NCBI GenBank assembly: GCA_016212825.1
Contig: JACRDS010000149.1
Span: 1 to 55,755 of the forward strand
DNA: 55,755 nt
Source: Elusimicrobiota bacterium
Lineage (GTDB): Bacteria; Elusimicrobiota; Elusimicrobia; UBA1565; UBA9628
Reading direction: 5' to 3'
This document shows positions 9,514-20,790 of the stretch, one piece after another; the stretch's first letter is position 1, and every line of letters starts with the position of its first letter. Below the pieces are notes generated by a model. It worked only from the letters and a program-made list of their open reading frames with translations, did not search any database and was not told where the DNA came from. The translations under genes were made by a program, and so were the position numbers.

Positions 9514-9852
9514 TCAACAAACGGTCAAGGCGTCGACCTTGGCCGCGAACACGAAGTCCGCCTCGGTGAGCCCGCCGATCTTGTGGGTCCAGAGCGAGAC
9601 CGCGGCGCGGCCCCAGGCGACGGTGAGCTCCGGGTGGTGGTTGACTCGCTCGGCCAGCTCGCCGACCCTGTCCGCGAAGGCCAAGGCGGACTTGAAGTCC
9701 GGGAACTTGAACTCCTTGACGAGGCGCTTGCCGTCGGCGCAGTCCCAGCCCCCGCCCAGCTCGGCGAGCAGCCGGCGCAAGGCTTCGCCTTCCAGCGGCG
9801 GCACGCCGCCGCGGCATGGGATGCATTCCCGCTGGGCCAGAGGACAGCTCAC
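9514..9852 (-). CDS. Pterin-4-alpha-carbinolamine dehydratase (copy 2)
   Basis: CIPCRGG, NHHPEL and WTHKIGGLTEADFVFAAKVD motifs. Confidence 0.92.
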   Translation of the reverse strand: MSCPLAQRECIPCRGGVPPLEGEALRRLLAELGGGWDCADGKRLVKEFKFPDFKSALAFADRVGELAERVNHHPELTVAWGRAAVSLWTHKIGGLTEADFVFAAKVDALTVC

Positions 9853-9877
9853 ACTTACATCCTAGCACGCCGGCGCG

Positions 9878-10894
9878 CTAGTAGCTCAGCCGGCCCAGCT
9901 CCACCTTGCCGCGGAAGACCCAGTAGATGGCCGCGGTGTAGGAGAGCACGAAGGGCAGGCCCAGGGCCGCGATGAGGGCCATGATGCCCAAGGTCTTGGG
10001 CGAGGAGGCGGCGTTGGCCGTGGTCAGGCTCCAGGCCGGGTCGAGGCTGGAGACGATGAGGTTGGGGTAGAGGGCCGCGCCGAAGAGCGCGATCAAAGAG
10101 GCGATGGCCGCGGCCGAGGAGAGGAAGGCCCGGCCCGGCCGTCCCAGGTAGAGCTGGCGCGGGATGTTGGCCAGGGCCAGGACGCTGGCCGCCACCACGC
10201 CCCAGAGCCAGGGGAAGCGCTCGAAGTTGGACAGGGCCTGGGGCACGCGCGCCAAAGTGATGATGGTGGTGAAGAGGTAGAGGGTCAGGAAGATGCCGAA
10301 GCAGTGCCAGCTCCAGCGGTTGATGCGGGCCTGCAGCTCTCCCTCGGTCTTGAGCTGCAGGTAGAGCGAGCCGTGCAGGGCAAGCAAGGAGACGTTGAGC
10401 GCGCCCACCAGCAGGGCGTAGGGCCGCAGCAGGTCGAAGAAGCCCCCGGCGTACTCGCGGTCCGGGCTTATGGGGATGCCCAGCATGGAGTCGCCCACGG
10501 CCACGCCGAAGAGCAGAGCCGCGGCCAGGCTGGCCCCGAAGAATGACGCGTCCCAGAACCGGCGCCAGGCCGGAGAGTCGCTCTTGCCTCGGAACTCCAT
10601 GGACACCGCGCGCATGATGAGGGCGAAGAGCAGGAGCATGAAGGCCAGGTAGAAGCCGGAGAAGGCGGTGGCATAGGCCTCGGGGAAGGCGGCGAAGAGC
10701 GCGCCGCCGAAGGTCACCAGCCAGACCTCGTTGCCGTCCCAGAGCGGGCCGATGGAGTTGAGGAACACGCGCCGCTCGCGGTCGTCGCGCGCGCCCAGGT
10801 GCAGGATGCCCACGCCCAGGTCGAAGCCGTCGAGGATGGCGTAGCCGGCCAGCAGCACGCCCAGCAGGATGAACCACAGCACGCGCAGGTCCAT
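9878..10894 (-). CDS. cydB: Cytochrome bd ubiquinol oxidase subunit II
   Basis: ATG at 10894 overlaps cydA stop; YAILDGFDLGVG and GPLWDGNEVWL motifs. Confidence 0.96.
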   Translation of the reverse strand: MDLRVLWFILLGVLLAGYAILDGFDLGVGILHLGARDDRERRVFLNSIGPLWDGNEVWLVTFGGALFAAFPEAYATAFSGFYLAFMLLLFALIMRAVSMEFRGKSDSPAWRRFWDASFFGASLAAALLFGVAVGDSMLGIPISPDREYAGGFFDLLRPYALLVGALNVSLLALHGSLYLQLKTEGELQARINRWSWHCFGIFLTLYLFTTIITLARVPQALSNFERFPWLWGVVAASVLALANIPRQLYLGRPGRAFLSSAAAIASLIALFGAALYPNLIVSSLDPAWSLTTANAASSPKTLGIMALIAALGLPFVLSYTAAIYWVFRGKVELGRLSY

Positions 10895-12330
10895 CAGCCC
10901 TCCGGCCTCGGCTCGGTGAAGGAGCGGCCCGCCGGGTCGGCCAGCTCGGCCGCGGCGCCCAGCCAGCCGCCCTCCCGCGGCTCGTCGCTCTCGTCCGGGC
11001 CGCGGCGGATCTTGGAGTCGAGCACCCGCAGCCAGACCGCGCCCAGCAGCAGGTAGACCACGGCGAAGAGGCTCATGGAGGCCAGCATGTGCGAGGCGGG
11101 CACGGAGCGCGAGACCGCGTCGGCGGTGCGCAGCAGGCCGTAGACGATCCAGGGCTGGCGGCCCACCTCGGCCGCGCCCCAGCCCAGCTGCCCGGCCGCA
11201 GAAGCCGCGACCACGGAGCCCACCAGGCCCCAGAGGATGAGCCGGTCCTGGTGCAGGCGGCCCTGGCGCAGTCGCCAGGCGGCCAGAACGAAGAGGCCGG
11301 CCAGGGCCAGGCCCGCGCCGATCATGCCGTGATAGAGGAAGTAGGAGAGGGCGACGGGCGGCCGGTCCGCGGGCGCAAAGGCGTCCAGGCCGGTGACGGC
11401 GGCGCCCAGGCGGTGGTGCACGAGCAGGCTCAGCAGGCCGGGCACGGCTATGTTGAACCGGGTCTCCTGGCGGGAGTCGTCCGGCAGGCCGGCCAAGGAG
11501 AGCGGCGCGCGCTGCGTGGTGCGGTAGAGGCCCTCGAAGGCCGCGAGCTTGGCGGGCTGGGTGCGCGCCACGACCCGCGCCTGCAGGTCTCCCGACAGCG
11601 GCAGGGCCAGGGCCGCGGCCGCGGCGAAGAGCACGGAGAGGCCCAAAGCCTTGCGCATGAGCTCGACGTGGCGGCCCATGAGCACGTGCCAGGCCGAGAC
11701 GCTGGCCACGAAGGCCCCGCCCACGAGGTAGGCGCCCAGCAAGGTGTGGGTCAGGCGCTGGAGGCTGGAGGGGTTGAAGACCACGGCCCAGAAGTCCGTG
11801 ATCTCGGCGCGCAGGACGCCGTGGTGGCTGACCAAGGCGTAGCCGGCCGGGGTCTGCTGCCAGGAGTTGGCCACGATGATCCAGACCGCTGAGAAGGTGG
11901 CGCCCAGGGCCACCAGGACGGTGGCGAGCAGGTGCAGGCGCGGCGAGACGCGGTCCCAGCCGAAGACCAGCACGGCCAAAAAGCCCGATTCCAGGAAGAA
12001 GGCGAAGATGCCCTCGGCCGCCAGGGCCGAGCCGAACACGTCGCCCACGAAGCGCGAGTAGGTCGACCAGTTGGTGCCGAACTGGAACTCCATCACGATG
12101 CCGGTGGCCACGCCCATGGCGAAGTTGACCGCGAATATGCGGGTCCAGAAGCGGGCCAGGCGCTCCCAGTCCTTGTCTCCGGTGACGTGGCAGGCGCCCT
12201 CCATGCAGACCAGCAGGGCGCCCAGGCCGATGGAGAGCGGCGGGAAGATGTAGTGGAAGGCGATGGTGAGCGCGAACTGCAGCCGCGAGAGGAGGACGAC
12301 GTCGAGACCCACGGGGATGGGGTCTATCAT
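10894..12330 (-). CDS. cydA: Cytochrome bd ubiquinol oxidase subunit I
   Basis: [40 protein letters not shown] and EVGRQPW motifs. Confidence 0.97.
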   Translation of the reverse strand: MIDPIPVGLDVVLLSRLQFALTIAFHYIFPPLSIGLGALLVCMEGACHVTGDKDWERLARFWTRIFAVNFAMGVATGIVMEFQFGTNWSTYSRFVGDVFGSALAAEGIFAFFLESGFLAVLVFGWDRVSPRLHLLATVLVALGATFSAVWIIVANSWQQTPAGYALVSHHGVLRAEITDFWAVVFNPSSLQRLTHTLLGAYLVGGAFVASVSAWHVLMGRHVELMRKALGLSVLFAAAAALALPLSGDLQARVVARTQPAKLAAFEGLYRTTQRAPLSLAGLPDDSRQETRFNIAVPGLLSLLVHHRLGAAVTGLDAFAPADRPPVALSYFLYHGMIGAGLALAGLFVLAAWRLRQGRLHQDRLILWGLVGSVVAASAAGQLGWGAAEVGRQPWIVYGLLRTADAVSRSVPASHMLASMSLFAVVYLLLGAVWLRVLDSKIRRGPDESDEPREGGWLGAAAELADPAGRSFTEPRPEG

Positions 12331-12415
12331 GGTCGCGTTCTCCGGCCGCTATTCTACCTCTTTTCCCGGCCCCCGCCGTCAGCGGCCCCGGCCGGAGATT
12401 TTGTAGCATGGATGC

Positions 12416-14230
<1,815 letters not shown>

Positions 14231-14231
14231 G

Positions 14232-15125
14232 CTACTTCTTCTCGCCGACCTGGAAGAAGTAGAGGTCCGCCTCGAAGTTGCGGTACGAGCCGGGCGGCAG
14301 CTCGCGCACCACGGCCTCGATGAAGGTCCCGCCCTGCTCGGCCAGGAACTTCTTGAAATCGGCGATCCGCGTGTCGATGTCCTCGCGCTTGTCCGCGGAG
14401 CGGGTCACCATGCCGACCTCGCGGCCGATGTAGACCGTGATGATGTCGATCTCACCGGAGAAGTCCTTGGCCTGCTGCAGGACCTGCACGCCGGCCTTCG
14501 CCAGGATACTGGCGTCGACGCCCTCCTTCTTGAGGATGCGCGCCTGCGTCTCGTCGTTGTCCTTCTCCGCGCGCTTGGTCAGGTAGTAGAGGTGGTAGGT
14601 GGGCAGGTAGAAGTCGAAGTCCGAGGTGAAGGAGGCGATGACGGGCAGGCCGGCGGCCTTCACGGCCGCGGAGATCTTCTCCATGTTGGCCTGCAGGTCG
14701 ACCGGGTCCTTGGGCTTGAACTGCATGGGCTCGGCCATGAACTCGCGGATGACCAGGCCGTCGTTGCCCGTGTAGGGCAGCACCGAGATGCCGTCCTTGA
14801 AGTCATAGGCGCCCGGCAGGAAGCCGTTGTGGACCAGGATCCTGTTCCACTTGTCCACGAAGGCCTTGTTCTGCTCCGCGTCCTTCGGGAATGCGTAGAG
14901 GTGGCTCTTGCTGGCCCGGGGCAGGAGGTAGGGCTCCGTGACCTTCTCCGGCGCGGTCAGGGCGACGCCTTCGGCCTGGCCGGGCAGGATGGCGGCGCTC
15001 GGCGGCAGGGCGGCTTTCATGTGCTGGAAGCCCATGTATTCGAAGCCGATGGAGCCGAGGCTCTCCTGGGCGGAAACGAGGCGGGCGGGAAGCGTCGCGG
15101 CGAGCAGAACGAGGACGAATCTCAT
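14232..15125 (-). CDS. Exported hypothetical protein (297 aa)
   Basis: ATG at 15125 after AGGAGGAG; signal peptide; no family recognised. Confidence 0.75.
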   Translation of the reverse strand: MRFVLVLLAATLPARLVSAQESLGSIGFEYMGFQHMKAALPPSAAILPGQAEGVALTAPEKVTEPYLLPRASKSHLYAFPKDAEQNKAFVDKWNRILVHNGFLPGAYDFKDGISVLPYTGNDGLVIREFMAEPMQFKPKDPVDLQANMEKISAAVKAAGLPVIASFTSDFDFYLPTYHLYYLTKRAEKDNDETQARILKKEGVDASILAKAGVQVLQQAKDFSGEIDIITVYIGREVGMVTRSADKREDIDTRIADFKKFLAEQGGTFIEAVVRELPPGSYRNFEADLYFFQVGEKK

Positions 15126-15189
15126 CTTCTCCTCCTGGGCCTTTGGGCCTAGGAGGAGTATAGCACAAAAGGGAACTTCCAGTGCCACA

Positions 15190-16503
15190 TCAGAAGCTCT
15201 TTTGCAGGGCCTCGGCGGCGAAGCGGTGCCCGGCGGGGGTGAAGTGCCCCGAGCCGTCGAAGAACAGGGGCCTGATCTGCGCCGGGGTCATGCCCTGGCC
15301 GCGCATGTACTCGCTCAGCGAGAAGGCCGGGATGCCCTCCCGTTCCGCGAATTCGAGCACGATCTTCTCGGGCTTGAAGAAATCGTATCTGCCGAACCTC
15401 AGCCCCCAGTCCTTGGCGCCCTTGGCCTCGTAGGTCTCGTAGAACTTGGGCGGGAACTGGGGGATGGTGACGATCCTCAGCTTCATGCCCTGGCCGCGGG
15501 CGTAGTCCGCGCACAGGCGCAGCACGCCCAGGCCTATGTCCACGCTCCTCTTCACCTCGGGGCTCATGGGCTCGCGGAAGATCCCCCCGTCTCCGCCCAT
15601 GGGGACCTCGATCTCCGGTACCGGTCCGGGCGGGCCTTTGAGCGCGCGGGCCTGGCGCCAGCGGTCCAGGGGCAGCTTGAGGCATTTCTCGCTGAGGATG
15701 TGGCTGCGCAGGGTGCGCGCCAAGTTGAGCCAGAGCCCGCGGTGGGTGAGCTCGAGCTCCCGGGTCAGCCGGGTCAGGGCCGGCTGGCTGGCCGGGTCGA
15801 AGGCGACGCGGCCGTCCGGGCCGAGGGTGTAGTAGATGTAGAGGCCGGGCGTGTACCAGGAGGTGTTGAGGGCCGAGTCCGAGTTCATGAAGTCGTTGAC
15901 CACGGTGAAGAAGATGACGGCCTCGTCGGCCTTGAGCTTCGTCCGGGCGTAGCGTAGCAGCTCCAGATAGTAGGCGGGGCCGGCCCCGCTGATGCCCAGG
16001 GGCAGGACCTCGGTCCCGTCCCCCATGAGCCCCTGCAGGGCGACGGCTAGGTGCTGGCGCGGCTGGATGTCGGGGGCGTGGATATAGCTGTCTCCGATGA
16101 CCGCGATCTTCCGATCGCCGGCCGCGAGCTTGAAGCGGGGCGCGTACCAGCCCCAGCGGTTGGTGATGGAGTTGCCGGTCTTGGAATAGACGCGGCTGTA
16201 GGGCGCGAAGTCGTAGGTCCCGATGTTGGGCAGGACGCCGGCCAGCGCCGCGAGCTGCAGGGCCGCCTCCACGCATAGGAAGCAGTATATGAGGGAGAGG
16301 GCCAGCCGGTGCAGGAGCCTTCCGCCGAAGACGACGACCAGGACGGCGACCAGGCAGAGCCCTTCCAGCGCCCAGATCACCTTGGGCCGCGTGGCCATGA
16401 GCCCGACGAAGCGGTAGTAGTAAGCCAGTTCCCAGGTGAAGGCGATGAGCAGGGCCGAGGCCGCGGCCAGGAGCCTCCGGCTCAGCGTCCAGTGCTTGGG
16501 CAT
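15190..16503 (-). CDS. Membrane-anchored SGNH/GDSL-fold protein (AlgX/AlgJ-like)
   Basis: Three N-terminal TMs, then IGDSY, LGISGAGP, NDF and DGSGHFT blocks. Confidence 0.75.
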   Translation of the reverse strand: MPKHWTLSRRLLAAASALLIAFTWELAYYYRFVGLMATRPKVIWALEGLCLVAVLVVVFGGRLLHRLALSLIYCFLCVEAALQLAALAGVLPNIGTYDFAPYSRVYSKTGNSITNRWGWYAPRFKLAAGDRKIAVIGDSYIHAPDIQPRQHLAVALQGLMGDGTEVLPLGISGAGPAYYLELLRYARTKLKADEAVIFFTVVNDFMNSDSALNTSWYTPGLYIYYTLGPDGRVAFDPASQPALTRLTRELELTHRGLWLNLARTLRSHILSEKCLKLPLDRWRQARALKGPPGPVPEIEVPMGGDGGIFREPMSPEVKRSVDIGLGVLRLCADYARGQGMKLRIVTIPQFPPKFYETYEAKGAKDWGLRFGRYDFFKPEKIVLEFAEREGIPAFSLSEYMRGQGMTPAQIRPLFFDGSGHFTPAGHRFAAEALQKSF

Positions 16504-16504
16504 C

Positions 16505-16765
16505 CTAACCGAACTTGTAGTGCTTGCGCACGGCCTTCTGGATGGTCCAGCGGCAGTCGAGGCCTTTGGGGAAGACGACCCAGTCGCCGGCGCCGAAGGA
16601 GGCTTTCTCGGCCCCGGCCTCGACCGTGACCGCGCCTTCGAGGATGTAGCAGGTCTCCTGGTCGTCGTAGTGCCAGGGGAAGGCGGAGGCTTCCTTGGCC
16701 CAGACCGGCCAGGCGGCAGCGGTCTTCTTCTCGGCCTCGCTGGGCTTGCGCACGATGATCTTCAT
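16505..16765 (-). CDS. Small cupin (DUF861/EutQ-like)
   Basis: ATG at 16765; FPWHYDDQETCYILEG...GDWVVFPKGLDCRW...KHY. Confidence 0.9.
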   Translation of the reverse strand: MKIIVRKPSEAEKKTAAAWPVWAKEASAFPWHYDDQETCYILEGAVTVEAGAEKASFGAGDWVVFPKGLDCRWTIQKAVRKHYKFG

Positions 16766-16772
16766 GAGGGCC

Positions 16773-17459
16773 TCACTTGGGCGCGGGGAGGTTGAAGTCC
16801 TTGTCGGCGACGGCGCTGCGCAGCCAGAGGCGCAGGCGCTGCTGGTACTCCGCCGGGTCCTCGATGGGCTCGCCGCGCTTGCCGGTCCTGCGGTCGAAGG
16901 GCAGGCCCTGGCGCTGGGCCAGGACCTGCCCGCTCTCGTAGTAGGCAAGCCCCGGCACGGGCAAAGGGGTCATGCCGGGAGGCAGGACCTTGGCCTGGGC
17001 CGGGTCCATGACGTTGAGGCGGTAGATGGCGACCCGGCCGGCCAAGTCCTGGGAGAGGAGTTCGAGCGCGGCCTGGAGGTCCTGCCAGCCTTTGCAGCGG
17101 GGCGTGTAGGAGACGACGAGCACGGCGCCCAGGGCCTTGAGCACCTTGGTCTCGTAGGTGTTGCGGTCGACCTCGGCGAAGACGGCCCCGGCGGGCGCCC
17201 TGGCCTGGGTCTGCTCCCCCCCGCCGGCCCTGGGCTTGGCGGAGTCGTCCTTGAGCGGGGCGTTGAGGGCGCTTTCGCCCCTGTCGCCCATGGAGACGGT
17301 GCCGCCGCCGGAACTGGCGCCGCTGGTGCCGGCGCTGCTGGAGCTGGGCTTGTTGTCCTTGGGGGGCTCGCCGCAGCCGGAGCCTTCGCAGGCTCCGAGG
17401 CAGAGGCTCATAGCGGCGGTCGCCAGGAGGCTGGCGGCCGCGCGCAGTCGGGGGCTCAC
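16773..17459 (-). CDS. Thioredoxin-fold lipoprotein with a single active-site Cys
   Basis: GTG at 17459 overlaps upstream stop; lipobox LGAC; Ser/Gly linker; VLVVSYTPRCKGW and cis-Pro-like VPGL. Confidence 0.65.
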   Translation of the reverse strand: MSPRLRAAASLLATAAMSLCLGACEGSGCGEPPKDNKPSSSSAGTSGASSGGGTVSMGDRGESALNAPLKDDSAKPRAGGGEQTQARAPAGAVFAEVDRNTYETKVLKALGAVLVVSYTPRCKGWQDLQAALELLSQDLAGRVAIYRLNVMDPAQAKVLPPGMTPLPVPGLAYYESGQVLAQRQGLPFDRRTGKRGEPIEDPAEYQQRLRLWLRSAVADKDFNLPAPK

Positions 17460-18085
17460 TTCAGGAACAGGAAGAAGTAGGTGAGGAAGTCGTAGAGGTC
17501 GAGGTCGACCAGCGTGATGTCCACGGGGGAGTGGTTCATCCCGCCGGTGAGCTTGCCGGATACCTTGTCGTACTGGAGGTCGATGGGCGAGTGGTTGGCG
17601 TAGCCGGCGAGCTTGCCGGTCTCCAGGTCGAACTCGACGCGCACGGGGCTGTGGTTGGCGTAGCCTTCGAGCACGCCGGCCTTCCAGTCGACCAGGAGTT
17701 TGACCGGGCTGTGGTTGGCGCCGCCTTCCATGAGGACCTTCTCCGGGGACCATTTGAAGACGAGGTCCACGGGGCTGAGGTTGGCGCCGCCCTTGATGGT
17801 GCCGGCCTCATGGTCGATGGTGACGTCGAGGGGCGAGAGGTTCATGCCGCCGGTGATGCGGCCGGCGCGGCGGTCGAAGCTGAGGTCGACGGGGGAGTGG
17901 TTCATGCCGCCCGTGATGGTGCCGACGCGGGGCAGGGCCGCGGCCTGGGGCGCGGCGGCGACGGCGGCGCTGGGCGTGAACTTGAAGGACCGGAAGGCGA
18001 AGCCGCCGGCGCCTGCGGCGGAGACGGATTCGAGCGGAGCGGCGCCGGCGAGCGCGGCGATGAGGCAGAGGGCATGGATGATCAT
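17456..18085 (-). CDS. Exported protein with seven 20-aa G-x-x-N-[HL]-S-P repeats
   Basis: Signal peptide; GGAGG SD; repeats visible in protein and DNA. Confidence 0.85.
   Translation of the reverse strand: MIIHALCLIAALAGAAPLESVSAAGAGGFAFRSFKFTPSAAVAAAPQAAALPRVGTITGGMNHSPVDLSFDRRAGRITGGMNLSPLDVTIDHEAGTIKGGANLSPVDLVFKWSPEKVLMEGGANHSPVKLLVDWKAGVLEGYANHSPVRVEFDLETGKLAGYANHSPIDLQYDKVSGKLTGGMNHSPVDITLVDLDLYDFLTYFFLFLK
17500..17920 (-). repeat. Intragenic tandem repeat, 7 units, 60-bp period (one 66-bp)
   Basis: Plus-strand G[TA]GGTT...GCC cores at 17531, 17591, 17651, 17711, 17777, 17837 and 17897. Confidence 0.9.
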
Positions 18086-18169
18086 CAGAATTCCTCCGTG
18101 CGGATATCCATTATATCACGGATTTCCGGCCCTTTTTCCTGGGACTTCCGGTCCTTCCCGCCTGGGTCT

Positions 18170-18547
18170 TTAGACCTGGGCGAAGGCGAGGACGTGGCCG
18201 TCGGGGTCGAGGCTGTAGGCGGCCTGGTGTCCCCAGTCGCGCAGCAGGAGGGGGCTGAGCTCTTGGGCGCCGCTGCGCAGGGCCCTCTGGTGGCAGCCGC
18301 CGGCGTCGTCCGTGATGAGGTAGAGCTCGGCTCTGGGGATGCCTGAGGCTTCGGCCGGGTCGGGGAGCCTGTCGCCGAGCAGGCGCTTGATGCCGGCCTG
18401 GGGCATGAGGCCGAGCACGGCGCCGTCGTTGAGGGCGAACTCGGTCATGCCGGGCACGTGGAGCCGGGGCTTGGCGGCGAGGACCTCGGCGTAGAAGGCG
18501 GTGCTGGCGTCTTGGTCGGAGACGTAGAGGATGAAGTGGGCTGTCAT
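18170..18547 (-). CDS. VOC/glyoxalase family protein
   Basis: ATG at 18547; FILYVSD..S..FY and RDWG...AYSLDPDGHVLAF motifs. Confidence 0.9.
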   Translation of the reverse strand: MTAHFILYVSDQDASTAFYAEVLAAKPRLHVPGMTEFALNDGAVLGLMPQAGIKRLLGDRLPDPAEASGIPRAELYLITDDAGGCHQRALRSGAQELSPLLLRDWGHQAAYSLDPDGHVLAFAQV

Positions 18548-18558
18548 GGTCTCATCGA

Positions 18559-19419
18559 TCACTTCTTCAAGGGCAAGACCCCGGCCAGTTCCCCGATGAC
18601 GTTGACCAACTCGGTGTTCGCAGGGATGACGATCTTGGCGTTGTCCTCGAGGGAGTGCTGGACGGTCTCGAGCTTCTTGAGGAGCTGGGCGTTGCCGATG
18701 AAATAGCGGTCGGCGGCCTCGTTGACGAGCTTGATGGCCTCGGCCTCGCCGCCGGCCTGCAGTATGCGGGCCTGACGGATGCCTTCGGCTTCCTTGATGG
18801 CGGCCCGCTTCTTGCCGTCGGCGACGGTCTCCGCGGCGGTGGCGAAGTCCACGGCGGCGATCTTCTCGTTCTCCGCCTTGACGATCTTGTTCATCGTCTC
18901 CTGGACGTCCTTGGGCGGGTCGATCTCCTTGAGCTCGGCGCGCACGATGTCGATGCCCCACTTGGTGGTCTCCTTGACCAGGACCTTGAGCAGTTCGTCG
19001 TTGATCTTGCCGCGCTCGCTGTTGGCCGACTTGAGGGTCAGCGTGCCGATGATGTTGCGCAGGGTGGTGCGGGCCAGGTTGACGATCTGGAGGGTGACGT
19101 CGTTGACGTTGTATTGGGAGTTCTTGACGCAGTCTTCGTCGCACTTGATCTTGAAGTAGACCTGGGCGTCGACCATGGCGTTGAGGTTGTCGTTGGTGAT
19201 GATCTCCTGGGGCTCGGCGTCAATCATCTGCTCGGTGACGTTGACCTGGTACATGCAGTCTATGACGGGGATGATCCAGTGGAAGCCGGGTTGGGCGAAG
19301 GCGTGGTATTTGCCCAGGCGCTCGACGAGGCCTCGGCGGGTGGGCCGCACGATGCGGATGCCGAAGACCAGGAACAAGAAGACGATGACGCCGATGCCGA
19401 CCAGCAGTTCTGTGTTCAT
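18559..19419 (-). CDS. SPFH/band 7 (stomatin-like) protein
   Basis: N-terminal TM; LVERLGKY, QEIITNDN, TTLRNIIG and IDPPKDVQ motifs; coiled-coil tail. Confidence 0.92.
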   Translation of the reverse strand: MNTELLVGIGVIVFLFLVFGIRIVRPTRRGLVERLGKYHAFAQPGFHWIIPVIDCMYQVNVTEQMIDAEPQEIITNDNLNAMVDAQVYFKIKCDEDCVKNSQYNVNDVTLQIVNLARTTLRNIIGTLTLKSANSERGKINDELLKVLVKETTKWGIDIVRAELKEIDPPKDVQETMNKIVKAENEKIAAVDFATAAETVADGKKRAAIKEAEGIRQARILQAGGEAEAIKLVNEAADRYFIGNAQLLKKLETVQHSLEDNAKIVIPANTELVNVIGELAGVLPLKK

Positions 19420-19429
19420 TCTCCCCCCT

Positions 19430-20215
19430 TCATGATTCCGGCTCTTCCTGACGGATCTTGGCGAGCTTCCTGCGGACCCTGCGCATCATGCCTTTGGAGG
19501 CTGAGCGGTAAAGCTCCCGTCCCAGAGAATAAAAACGGCAGACGATGTAGATGGCGATCATGAGCGGCAGAGTCCATGATGAGAAATCAAGCATCTTTCG
19601 CCATGAGCCCGCAAGGACCAGGAAGGCGGCCAAAAGGAGCATGAAGGCCCAGAAGGACGCTTCGGATCTCCTGGGGAGGGTGCGCAGCGCGATGACATCG
19701 GCGATGATCACGCCGAAGGCCGCCCAGGCTAAGGGCATGGAGAAGCGGGCTTCGAGCCAGCCTTTGAGGGGATCGGGCAGCCCGAACCAGAGGCAGACCG
19801 GGACGAGGGCGATGCTCGCCATCATCAAGACGCGATGCGGCCCTGTCATCCTAGTCCATGCCAGTCTATGCAGGAGCGAACGCGGCCCGGCCGGGCCGAA
19901 CCTGCCGTCCAGGGCGGCTTGTCCCGTGGGCGCCGGGCGCGTCGGCGGGGGCTCGGGCTCGACTTCGGAGGGCATGTCGGCATAGCTGCTCTCGACGGCT
20001 TTGTCCAGAGGCATGCCGGCCTGAAGCTTGGTCGCGATGTCCCTCTTGAAGTAGGCGTCGGGCGGGAGGTCTTGCTCGTCGACGCCGGCGGCCTTGAGCT
20101 CGGCGCCGCAGCGCGAGCAGATGCCCTGGTCGATGCCGATCTCTTCGACCGGGCCGCCGCATCCGGGGCAGCAGCCGGTGTCGGAGTTGCCCGTCGTCTC
20201 GAAGCGGTCGGTCAT
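19430..20215 (-). CDS. Hypothetical membrane protein with N-terminal Zn ribbon
   Basis: ATG at 20215 overlaps upstream stop; CPGC...CSRC followed by four TM segments. Confidence 0.65.
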   Translation of the reverse strand: MTDRFETTGNSDTGCCPGCGGPVEEIGIDQGICSRCGAELKAAGVDEQDLPPDAYFKRDIATKLQAGMPLDKAVESSYADMPSEVEPEPPPTRPAPTGQAALDGRFGPAGPRSLLHRLAWTRMTGPHRVLMMASIALVPVCLWFGLPDPLKGWLEARFSMPLAWAAFGVIIADVIALRTLPRRSEASFWAFMLLLAAFLVLAGSWRKMLDFSSWTLPLMIAIYIVCRFYSLGRELYRSASKGMMRRVRRKLAKIRQEEPES

Positions 20216-20790
20216 CGGGGGCTTGAGTCGGCAGGCATGCCGAATCGGTTCCGGAGCGTGTCTACGAAGGCTCGGTCGGCATGTGTCAAGAGCAAGCCTA
20301 CCGGCGAGCAGCCGCGCAGCCAGGCGTAATAGATGGTCAGGGCCAGCAGGGCGGCCGTGATTAGGACATTGGGCCAGGCGTTGAGTCCCCATTGCCAGGG
20401 TACGCTGAGCTGCCATGAGGCGGAGAGGGGCATGAGATAAGGGATGGGCCAATGATAGCCGTCCGGGCCGCGGGAGCCGGCGATGTCGCAGAGGTAATGG
20501 AGGTTGATGGCGGCGAAGGCCAGGGCGGCCGCGGCGAAGCGCCTGCGTGCGACCAGGAGGCAGGCGAGGGAGAAGGCGGCCGCGAAAGCGAGGGTGTGGG
20601 CGCTGTGGTGGAAGCGGCTGCCGAGCTCGAGGTCCTGGAGCGAGCGGCCTTTGGCCAAGTCTATCAAGGCGGGCGCGGCGTCGAGGTCGGGGCTGATGGA
20701 GGCCAGGACGATGAGGCCGCGGTCCCGGCGGGAGAGGTCGGCGGGCAGGCCGACAGCCCAGCCGGCCAGCAGATGCGTGATGGGGTTCAT
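20212..20790 (-). CDS. Membrane-bound metal-dependent hydrolase (YbcI/YdjM-like)
   Basis: TH, SPDLD, FHHSAHTL and LHYLCD motifs. Confidence 0.85.
   Translation of the reverse strand: MNPITHLLAGWAVGLPADLSRRDRGLIVLASISPDLDAAPALIDLAKGRSLQDLELGSRFHHSAHTLAFAAAFSLACLLVARRRFAAAALAFAAINLHYLCDIAGSRGPDGYHWPIPYLMPLSASWQLSVPWQWGLNAWPNVLITAALLALTIYYAWLRGCSPVGLLLTHADRAFVDTLRNRFGMPADSSPR

Noticed and set aside
15172-15196. Third ECF promoter (GGAACTT)
   Set aside because: No CGT at the 16-nt spacing, and it points antisense to the local genes
17500-17920. CRISPR array suggested by the 60-bp periodicity
   Set aside because: Repeats are degenerate at synonymous positions, in frame within a CDS, and no cas genes are present
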